Assembly: GCA_030141605.1 (NCBI GenBank)
Contig: JAQGDQ010000041.1
Span: 186,001-250,000 of the forward strand
DNA length: 64,000 bases
Reading direction: 5' to 3'
Source of the DNA: Tubiluchus corallicola
Taxonomy: Eukaryota > Animalia > Priapulida
Below are positions 38,700 to 49,400 of the stretch, piece by piece. Positions within the stretch are counted from its first letter, which is position 1. Each line of letters begins with the position of its first letter. The notes under the pieces were generated by a model. That model did not search any database, was not told the DNA's origin, and was given only the letters and a program-made list of their open reading frames with translations. The position numbers and the translations under genes are program-made.

Positions 38700-39318
38700 A
38701 CCCAAATAATGTGGAACAAATGAATATAAAAATGATCAAAATACAAACTGTCATATCGTCCATGTACAATTCAAAATGAGAAAAAAAGTCATTTAGCAAA
38801 ACTAAAATTTAAAATTACCTTTCAAACAGTGAATTAAATCATCTGTAAAATACATGCATTGAAAATATAACAAAAGTGTCTGAATAATAAACAAAGCAAA
38901 AAACAAATAAGATCAGCAAAGTTTGAGTCTTATAGTTATAGCAAAAACCGATACTGCTGGCTAATTTATCTGTAATTCATGCAATCCTATCTTAAAGTAT
39001 ACATGGATATGATATTTCCCGAAAATACGATAACATATTTGTGAGCTCAGAATAACAAAAAAATAAAAATAACTCTCGAATTTATGAAGAGCAGTAATGA
39101 GAATTTACAGTGTAAAGCGAAATTTCGAGTAGCTAATCTAAAAAAGGAATTGCTAGTGAATTCTCTTGGAAGTTTATTCCATATCAAAGAGGTGCTTATA
39201 ACCCAAATGAAGTAAGGTATCTGTCCTGATAGATATCTCCTCTAGCAAGCAGCACATGTAGAATAGTGATGAATTTCTGGTGAAATAGTTTTTGCATAAT
39301 TCGGGCAAGGTACCAACT
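38700..39318 (-). mobile_element. Inverted, diverged 3' fragment of the same LINE family
   Basis: 39109-39181 is the reverse complement of ~37888-37960; 39300-39316 matches ~37735-37750. The left boundary is approximate. Confidence 0.85.
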
Positions 39319-39576
39319 TTTAGTCGATTAGTCCGCCACATTTACAAAACATGTACATGTATGTATTATATATAATATTGTAAATGTTACAAGTGCTCAT
39401 GTAGCTGCTAACCGATAAGTCCCAGTACGTAACTACCGAAGCCTTGCAACGACGATAATATTAATAGTTTTAATACATTAACACTAACAGTACGCAACTG
39501 CCTTCCTAGGATCCTTGACTTTATTTTTCTAAAAATGACTACAAGTAGAAACAATAAAAGGCAATTATGCACAAAC

Positions 39577-39609
39577 CTCAAATAATTCTTCTGCACTGTC
39601 CCCACTCAT
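39577..39609 (-). CDS. Chromodomain-transmembrane protein, coding exon 1 (MSGDSAEELFE)
   Basis: In-frame stop upstream of the ATG; GAG|gtttgt donor, phase 0; completes the canonical chromodomain start EELFE|VERIL. Confidence 0.75.
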
Positions 39610-39689
39610 TTCTTCATTAATATTTATCGCTGATTTTGTTTTAACACTGATCTTTACCGATAACCGCCATTATGTTTAAATTGAGCAAT

Positions 39690-39735
39690 AGCGTGCGCTA
39701 TTGTAACGCTCGTTACTTACGTCATTTGCCACGAC
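39690..39735 (-). promoter_or_regulatory. Putative promoter of the chromodomain/RINT1 unit
   Basis: CpG-containing patch with CRE/ATF-like TTACGTCA (~39717) just upstream of a YY1-like ATAATGGCGG and exon 1. Confidence 0.45.
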
Positions 39736-40080
39736 AACTACATGGACAAAAACTTAAAGCAAAAGAAAATATTTTTCAAAAAAATAAAGGTTAAAAATCA
39801 TATTGAAACTTTATATAACTTACATGCTGTACTAATAACTAAAAGTCATTGCATATAGAGCTTGCATTAGGATTAAGGTAGTATAAAACTTGTAAATTCG
39901 TACTCCATTAAGTGCTAGGCAGTAGGCACAGCCATTAACAGTGTCATTTGAAACAAGTTTATTTAAAAAGCATTACATAAAGTTTGGAAAATATTTAGAT
40001 TATTCGTAGCACACACTTCGCTAACTGAGCAAGAGTTTAAATTACTTTTTGTTGTTAATAATATTAATAATATCAGAGTT

Positions 40081-40095
40081 ATGATGATGATGATG

Positions 40096-40137
<42 letters not shown>
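40081..40137. repeat. (ATG)n(ATA)n microsatellite
   Basis: Read directly from the sequence. Confidence 0.9.
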
Positions 40138-40140
<3 letters not shown>

Positions 40141-40184
40141 TCAGATCTGATGGTTTAGTCTAGTGGTAACGTGGCAGGTTGTGA

Positions 40185-40530
40185 GTTCGATACAGCAAAT
40201 TCGATTCGAACGAGTTTTTTATTCGAATTCGATTCGAACCTAAAATTAAAGATTTTAATGAATCAGCACTTCAACCACATACGTTATTTTATCATTAAGA
40301 TGTTTTAAACATCATGCAGTTCGCACAATTTAGTAGCGATTTCGATTTGATAATATTAAACTACTTATAAGAGGTTTTATATTGCAGAACAAAATCGTGT
40401 AATAGAGCCTATGCTTATGATCTTCGTAAAACTGCTTTTTGCTGATTAAGGGTTCAAAAACTTGTTCGAAATCTTTCAAACTGTATTCAAATTCGAAGTA
40501 CTGAAATTCGGTTTGATTCGAGTTCGAGTT
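40185..40530. mobile_element. TTCGAA-rich non-autonomous element (hAT-like family), fragment
   Basis: Similar to 59091-59240 and 59500-59560. Confidence 0.55.
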
Positions 40531-41679
40531 ATATAGTTGTTGTTTGTTACTTACAGTCAGTTCAAAAGTTTTAGACTTATATAAATTGTTGATCCAAAAA
40601 GCCAAATTTAAATAAACATTCTTATTATTATAGTTCTTGAAGAAGATTGGAGGGGGGCACAGCACAAGCTTGTCCAAGCTTACAGCCCCAGTTATCGGAG
40701 CCACCAATTACATTACCATTAGATGAAGTTGATGGTCATCAGTAAGTATCAGTAAGAATCTAGCATCAGCTAAACTTAAAGTGATTATGTTTTTTGATGA
40801 ATCAGTATTGCACACTGGGATAACAATGTAGTGCCGTCTTACTAGATGGTGCAAATATCTTAAATTATTAAGAATTTTCTTTAAGCATAATGCTAAGTAA
40901 CATATTGCTTCCTGCGACTAGTTCCTCGCTGTTGCGTGCGCTTCCCCATTTGTTAGTTAGATGCATGAGCACTAATACTTGCATTTTGGAAATGTGTTGC
41001 ATAAAAACACGTGTTCAGAGATGTTCGCTTGTGATGTAGTGCATACACTTGAGAGCTCATGCGTGAACACAGCAGTAAATTTGAAGTATGAACATTTTTC
41101 TTAAAATTTGCCAATTTTTTATATCACACTGTACAATAGCACTATGCTTCAATTTTTGCTTTCACAAACACATGCGACACACTCGTGTAATGTTTGTGCT
41201 GTTTAAAATTATGTTCGGTTGTGATGTCATCACTAGTCAGGCTCACATACCATTAGCTAAATTATTATTTAATTATTAGAAATGCCTTTGTAGTATTATT
41301 GGTGTTAAAAAGTGAATTTTATATCGCACTTCAAAATGGGTTAGTATATGAAAAATTATCCTGTTTTCCCTTTAAGTCAGTACGTGTCTTTCTAGTCGAC
41401 TGTGTATGCAGACCAGGACACTTTAGTCGCTGACAATAAGGAACATTTTTCAAACTATTTGCCATTCTCGTAACCTTTCTTTGGACAACCTCGATCAAAC
41501 ATTATCTCTTTAATTAAGTATGGATTCCAGACAGGACTAGTGCATGGATTCTAGATAAGCAATTTTCGGTTATGTATGTGCATCACTTCATATAGTTACC
41601 ATCACATATTTCTTTCTATTCTCCTTCAAATTTCTTTTCTGCTACTTTACTCCCCCTTTTCTTTTCTCAATCGATATTA

Positions 41680-41852
41680 ATTTGGGGTGCTCGCAACAAG
41701 TAACTTCTTAAGCAACCCGTTCATATAGGCATGCAGCTTGGCACTTTAGGCGTATAATAAACATGTTATTACTAATGCATAAGTGTTTGTAGCACTATAT
41801 GCTGTATTGATTGTTATGAATGTATTTAATAATAAATCAAATCAAATCAAAT
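41680..41852 (+). mobile_element. LINE/SINE 3' end with (ATCAA)n tail
   Basis: gggtgc...gcaaccc stem, AATAAA, tcaaatcaaatcaaat. Confidence 0.5.
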
Positions 41853-41892
41853 ACAGATTATTATTTAATTAAACTCAAATGGCATCGACATA

Positions 41893-42245
41893 CTAGAGTT
41901 GAGCATTATCTAAAAAAGCGAATTTGAATTGAACCGAATTTGTAACTTTCGAATTGAAATCAAAACGAATTTCAAAATTTTTTGGGATCTGAGGCCAATT
42001 CAGCTGTCAAGATTTTTGAATAAATTTTCAAGTAGCTAAAAAAATGATTTCACAAAGATGATGTACATTACTTGATTTTTTGCAGTAAAAATACTATTAA
42101 TTTGTTTAAAAATTATTGTGCACAGAAAATCATGGCTAAATTGTGTTGAATGTGTGCTGTTTCAAACGTTTTAATTATAAAGAATGTGTGCAGTTGAAGT
42201 GCATGCTGAAATATTCGAATCTACAATTTTTAGTTCGAGATCGAC
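41893..42245. mobile_element. TTCGAA-rich hAT-like element fragment
   Basis: Terminus ctagagttgagca resembles the reverse complement of tgctcatacctag at 59571; same subterminal motifs. Confidence 0.45.
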
Positions 42246-43174
42246 GCTGACCCCCCCCCCCCCCCCCCCATTATTATGCAGCAGTAAATTTTGTGATTAT
42301 TGTTTTAAAGTTTATAACTATATTTTTCTGTAAAAAATACCTTGTTTCGTTGTTTCCACTGTGTCTTCTTCATTTAATTATATAGGTACAATCCATAATA
42401 GCTAGGGATCACTGTGCAAGACATGTAATCACCTTTTAGGCCGTTATTATGTTTGTAAAAGCAGTCAAAATGCCAATTGTGAAAGAATTCTTAATTCTTT
42501 CGCAGAAGCTTTCATCCGTCACAGATGTGTCATAAATTTGATATAGAAGATCTTAGGTATATCAATTTGCTATCAGCTGATTTGCTTGTGAACAATCCTG
42601 ATGAAATATTTTGCATTTGTAATTGAGCAAACTTATAATGAATCTCTTAATTACAAACTCACACTAAACTCAATACAACTTGTACTTTACCAATTCTACC
42701 AAAATGTATGCTGCTGCCCGCAGATGGCAACCTCTGTAGAGCATTTGTTCTTGTCAGTCTCGTACTCCGCTTGTACAATATGTGCAATGTAGAATTTTTA
42801 TTTTGTTTAATTAATTTTTTATTTGTCGGAAAACAGCTGTCGACTAACGTTACCTTTTGAAATAATTTGACAATAAACTTTTTGCAACTGGTGAAGTCGG
42901 TGAGGAACGCAAACTTCTGAGAAACATTAAGAATTTTTTAAGAGTTAATGTTTATTCTGAGTTCTTTTATGGTTATGACCATGGCAAATACAAGAAGAGC
43001 ACTATCTTACTTTCAGCGGTCATAACTGCTTGTTTTGTACTTAATTGGTTTGAGTGTAATAAATTTTACTGTTCGAGGGTGGATTTATAACATGCACCGA
43101 AATAAATATAACTGTTCGTATGGCAGTAAATTGTTTAAAATGACGGTGCGCACTAAAAATGGGATTTCTACACA

Positions 43175-43205
43175 CCTGTGACGTTTCACTCGTCGTCAGT
43201 TGTCG
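43175..43205 (+). promoter_or_regulatory. Putative Jupiter core promoter
   Basis: CRE-like TGACGT at ~43179 and Inr TCAGTT at 43196-43201 in a CpG-rich patch 170 nt upstream of the ATG. Confidence 0.5.
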
Positions 43206-43368
43206 GAGCCTACGGGAGTCGGGAACTGTGTTCGTGGGATTGAAGTGTTTGCACAGTTTTGCAGTTATTTTCGATCGATTCGTGTGATTTGAATTCCAAA
43301 ACGAAAACTTTTTATTTCTTAGTGCACCAATTAAAAAAGTAGCTGGAGAGTTAGGAAATTGTTTGATT

Positions 43369-43415
43369 ATGTTTGAGCCCGAAATAAAAGATCAGGGAGG
43401 TGCATCGAGGCGAAG
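43369..43415 (+). CDS. JPT1: Jupiter microtubule-associated homolog (JPT/HN1), exon 1
   Basis: MFEPEIKDQGGASRR(R), AG|gtatt donor, phase 2 joins RVLKPPGGGSS. Confidence 0.75.
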
Positions 43416-46400
43416 GTATTTAGACAAGAAATTATCTGCCTAATTTCGTTTTCGCAGTAGTACTTTTACTTTTTCAAGGCCTGTGCGAGTAAGGTCCAGC
43501 CGGTAATTTTCGAGGCCAGAGATCTAAGAATGACCCACATAACTGAATATGTTTGTTACATTATATCTAATCATGGAGGCCCTGCAGACTGTGCAGTTTT
43601 TAAATTAGGCTTATAATTTAATATGTACTTACAATTTGACTTCACCATTTTAAGCACTGTGCACGTGCTTTGTGGCAGGCAAAACACAGCTGTCATCAAT
43701 GGTAAACTTAGAAAATGCCTATGTTTCAGCTAAATTTAAACAAAAGCAATTTTGGTTGCAAGTACTGAATGGCTACAATGGAGATAAAGAAAAGATAGTT
43801 GTAAGATGTGATGTGACAGGAGGATGCTACACCTATTTGGCTTATAATAGTGTCCAGTTGTGGTCAGATTTCGATGTCGTACTCATTGACTGAGCCTGGA
43901 GTATTAAAGGTCAATGTTCTTGAAATTTTAGCGTTCCATCTCTTTTCCTAGGGCTTTAACAATCACATGGTCATTAAAACTGGTGTAAGTGATAGAGGGT
44001 TAGAGACTAGAGGTTTAGTGCATGATGCTAAATTGAATTATTTCAGTTAGATGGGTGGGACTCACTGATAGTAACAAATTTTAAAATTTGACAATCTTGT
44101 ACAAATTCATTACAGCCAAGTCTTGGTTTATATTGCACACATATAACAGCAGTGCTCACACACTGTTAAGCGAGCACCTTAGAAAAAAGGTTATTGTCAG
44201 TGTCAGAATTTTTAAGAGTTTGATAACTAACTGATAATTTGAAAAATGCTCAAGCTTCCAACTTCTGTGTTTTGGTACTTCATCTTCCTCTATGTAATGC
44301 TCTAATTAAGCTTTACACACACAGTTTTTAATTTTTTATATTAACAGAAAAGACTTGTGCACCTTACCGTAATGTGAGTTGGCAGACTACTTTTTACTAG
44401 CAGCAGACCAGCCAAGCAAGATTTATATTATCATTTATATTCCACTCTTATTACAGTTTAATCTCTTGAAATATTTGTACCTGTTGAAACGACAAAAACC
44501 CGAGAGCGTTCAGCTACTGACTTAGGTAGATGTAATGCAAAAAAATATGCAAATACAACTAGAGTTAGATTTGAGGCATCAGCAAGTGGACCATGCCATA
44601 TTTTACAAATATAAGCATGCATACGATGACAATTTAATCTAAAACTGATAATTAACTTTATGTTATCTAGTTTATGAATGTAGAAAACTAGTTAAAATTA
44701 AAGGAGTTAATCTGATTTTTTCTGATAGGACCTAACTAGGCTGCTACATATTTTTTACTTGTGATTGATATTAAATTATTTTGGGCAAAAAAACGTGTGC
44801 GGTGGAAAACAGTCCAGTGCAAATGAATTAATGTAGTGGTAGTAGCAGACTGATCTTGTCATTCAGCGATGGTAAGCTTAATTACCAGTCAGTAATATGC
44901 CTGCCCTTTTCACTTGTCTGTGGTATCACAAAATATTGTCTAATTTACTATTTAAAGTTTTTCGAGAATCTTTTAATGGTACTAAAGAAATAATCATCTG
45001 GAATTTTACCCAATGCTTGATGTATTCTGTTTGTATTCTAAAAGGGTTTGTTCCTTCTTTGACTGACAATATAGAGTCATGTCCTTGCATTTTAACATAT
45101 GAAGATGACTCAAAACAATTCATATCAGTTGCTTCTAGGCATCTAAAAGTCACAGTTGTAAGTTAGACAGTACCGTTTTTTTAGAGCACATCATTATTAA
45201 AGCCTATCACATAGAATAAGTCTATTTGTCTATTTAAAACTTTTAGAAATTTCTACATACATTTGCAATTGTACACATTGTCACTTTATTAACAGTGCAG
45301 TTTCATGTAATTGTTTGACTGTGTATTGCGTTTTGCAAAAGTTACAGATTAAACATACTCTGTTAGTGACTTAGTATTTTTGTCTCACCATCATTCTGCT
45401 GTGATGTCACAGCTGCCTGCTAATTGCACATTTCAAGATTAATGTGTGCACAATTTCTGTAATGTAAACAAATGCAATTCATATGGTTATTTTGGTGCAT
45501 GCGAAACACTTGAAAAACACATACAAGTACACACACACACACAAGTAAACAAAATATCATTTAAATATTGATGAAAAGAAAAAAAGGAGGCCTATTTGGT
45601 TAAACTGCACCAGGATATTATTTAAGATATAAAAACTTATTTCTCTTGTGGTTCAAAAATAGGTCAAAATGAAAGTTGTGAAAACTAAGTTTTTCAGTTT
45701 AAAAGTGTCAATAATATAAAGTAACCAATTTTAAAAATTAGCTAAAAGAATAGTAACTGGACTAGTAAAATGCCAGAAGAAAATATAAAATTAAGTACCA
45801 ATTCAGTAAGTAGCGAGCAAATATCAAAATTGAAAATTCATTATCCAAAATATTTGTTTATGAAATAGAGTGGAACCATAGAAAGGAACCATATGATATA
45901 GAATGACTGGGCCTGTGCAGGCAGGATTTAATAAGGGCCAAAATGTCAGATCTCGGATGCTGCCGTTGTGAGCTTGCATCTAAAGACTGGCTCTAAGTTA
46001 TTTTGTGGATTAGTTTCCATAGAGACAACGTAGGGCCGTGGCATTACTATATAGTACAACTGTTATGCAGATGACGTCTGGCAATATTTTATAATTTTCA
46101 TTTTGTGTCATTTCTTAATATTGACAAACCACCATCTTTATTTTCCCTGAAATTGGTCTGTGTATTTTTATTTATGTTAAAAATCCTGATAATATGGTCT
46201 GTAGAATGTTATTACTGGTCAGGTAGATTGTAGCTGCTTGCCTGTACTTTTGGTATTTCAGAGCTTTTAAGTCCCAGGCATTCTCTACCCCCAGTTTGGT
46301 GGGGGGTTAGCGGAAAATTTTGAATTTTTCCTTCAGAAGCAGCTATTTCTGACCTATTCTGAGCGTCACGTTTCAATAAAGCGAAGCATATTAAACTTGT

Positions 46401-49400
46401 GATGTGATACAATAAAATGTCGAAAAACGATAAGAAATACTAGCATATACCTGCCGGAATCAATACCTCCACTCCACATAATATCTAAAAAAGATCTATC
46501 TAAGACAAGCGTATAACATATATTGTCCTTGTAGAAGAACTTTTTGCCGAATTCTGTAGTGCGTTTCTGGCTATCGTTCCCTACGTTATTTTGCGGTTAT
46601 GATATCACCAACACTCAGGCGAAGATCGAATGAGGCAGTGCCTGCAGAGATCAGTGCAATTCGTAGATGATGATTTGATGAGACTTCAAGAGAGATACTT
46701 GACCAGAGATCAGTCTTCATTTCAGTATGACACGTCCTGTAATCATCAAATGTGGGCAGGTGATGATGAATGTTTGAACAAGTTGTTCAGAATTGATCTC
46801 TGACACATTTTTTCAGCAGATCATATGGTTTTGCCGTAGCCGAATCACTTTCGGTAAATGTTCTGGCCCCATGGGATGCAAAGAACCCAATGACATCATC
46901 TGCAAAACTTCGTACTGCATCAGGACCAAAAAATAGTTGTACATACCAATGAAAGGAGCAAAATTTATTTTTTGTTGAAACAGTGTATCTCATTAGCCAG
47001 TGGTCAGATTTAGGCATCACTAGGCACCAAGTTTTCTTCACGGAGTGTCAAACTTGGTGTGTACACAGCCAACATGTTAAAAGAGGCTCTGGGTATTTAC
47101 TTGGTCTTCATTTTACCGAAAGAGAAAAATGCGAAAAATGACTGCATTTTTAAACGCCTCATGTAAATTCAGGCATTAGTTTAAAAAGGTGTTTTCTGAC
47201 TTGTTATTGTATATTTGTTTATTTACATGGATTCGTGTCAGTTGTGCAGCCCTGTGCTGTTCTATGCACATACGAGAATTGTCTCATCAAAGATGAATGA
47301 CTTTTTGTCTTAAATTAAATTAGTGGTAAACATTTATTCTGAGGGAGCGTATGGGACTTTATTTGGGCGATGTTTCGTACAAACTAGGCAATGATATAAA
47401 ATGTTCAGCTAAGTTTGATTGCTTCTGTCCTATTTTTGTGATGGCTTCATTCTTATACACTCTCAGGGTGTGTACTGATTTCATGGTGGATGGTTATATT
47501 TTCTCCATGTCTATAACTTGGTTATCTTAGCCCGGTGGTGTATATATTTTGGCTTCTTTTATTATTAAACTGTAGACCTGGCTTCACATTTTATAGGTAA
47601 TTTACCTGTCATGTTCTTCATTAATATTACATGAAATTACCCAAGTTGTAATCGCTAGCTATCTGCAGCAGATTAGCGTGGCAACCTGCATAACTAATTA
47701 ATGAGCTGAGGTGTTGTGTGCTTTCCTGTGCCCAGGAATTATAAACTGCAGAGGCGAGAAAGAATGATAGGGGGAGGAAACGTTTGAGAGACCAAGAGAG
47801 AGGGAGAGTTTTTAATGTGTCAGTCAGGCACAGTCTTTTAGCACTATTTTGAAGCTCATAATGTGTAACATTCACTCGCTGCATTTGCCTTACTCATGCC
47901 AGACTGAGACAAGAGATTGATTTTTCTACATTTTGCAGCTGCCATTAACTTTATGGTTTTATTCACCCAAGTGTTCCAAAATGCTGCAAAATTCTGTGCC
48001 TTGCTGCACTTGATGCTAAACTGATCATGCTGCATTGTGTGTTAAATGCTAAAATCTTGAAATCTAGCTCCTCCTTTTTTGCAAAAATGTGTCGTTTTTC
48101 TCACGAGTTTGTTTCTTTACTTTTCAGCTGTAATTGATGTTTGATGACGGTAAACTCATTGATCTCTATTTTTCATATATTAATCGCAATAGCAAATAAT
48201 TTATGACCCGTTGTAACTATCAACGACACTTAATTAGCTACTCTATTATTGGTGAATCATATCATACAATACTATCATGTAATAATTTGATTAATCGGTT
48301 GTTTCATAATCTGTTTGAAGTAAACCGCGTGTTCTCAGTGTCTTTGACTTTTTGTCTCTACACTTAAATCAAGTACAGGTGATCTCAAAATAAATGTTGC
48401 TCCCCATGATTATGAATATTGCTTCAGCCACTTTTAATAATGTAGACCCTGATGAGTCAAATATCTTCAGTTCATGCACCTTTCAAGTTTCAACTATTTT
48501 TCACTGCCACTTGCAATAATTCTTTCGATTTGTCTTATTTGCTATCCATCTAGTGAGGAAGTCTTTCACTATTATGTGCTGAATAATGAGCACTATGGCA
48601 TCTGCAGTATTTCCCATGTACAGCTTCACATGCCAGATTTACATAAAGCACTTCAAAATCTAAGGCACCTCCAGCCAAAGCGTATAAGATTTTTGATAAT
48701 ATTTGGGTATTTTTTACATGATTTTGATAAACTTTTGGATGATTTTGCTATCAAAATGGCTAGAATTTTTTTATAGTTTTACTGTTTTAGTTTTTCTTAG
48801 TTTTTTAGTTCATGTTTTAAAGCCATCTATTTAATGATAATCACGCTGTCACAGTCTTATAATCATTATTAAGATTTACACATTTTTATACAAACTTGCA
48901 TGTCTTTACTTGCCCACAAGAATTTCGTCACAGCAGATTTGAAAGTTCTAGGAAATAGGCTCAGTCGCACAAGATTATTAAGTGTCACGAAAATTCATTC
49001 GACATAAATTTCTGTTTTACGTAACAGTACAATATAACATTAATTCTAGTATTCTTCATTTGTTGTCTTGCAATTTGCCATTCAGTAAAATGTCCTTCAT
49101 TTATTTGTAATGCATTTTTCATGAATAGCCAGTTGTCTGTGTTAAATCATTTGGAAACATGTTCCTAACATTAAACTTTACTGTGATGTTACAATTTTTT
49201 AAGGTAAATAAGTGTAAAAGGCCGAAAACTAACTTTTTCAAGCTAAGTTGAAATTGTACTTTTTTAAGTGTGGCGATAGTCTTATGTGGTTTCATGGTGT
49301 GTGAATTTCCTGGTTAAATTTAACCACCTTCTGTATTTTAATCAGTTTAATGAAACCATGTAAATTATTAAAAGCGATGTAGTCCAATTTTTGGTATGTA

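Noticed and set aside
40147-40195. tRNA-like A box and B box (tagtctagtgg ... gttcgatac)
   Set aside because: No cloverleaf can be formed; at most a degraded tRNA-derived SINE head.
45590-47200. Possible non-autonomous DNA transposon in Jupiter intron 1
   Set aside because: The composition is suggestive, but I could not define TIRs, a TSD or coding remnants.
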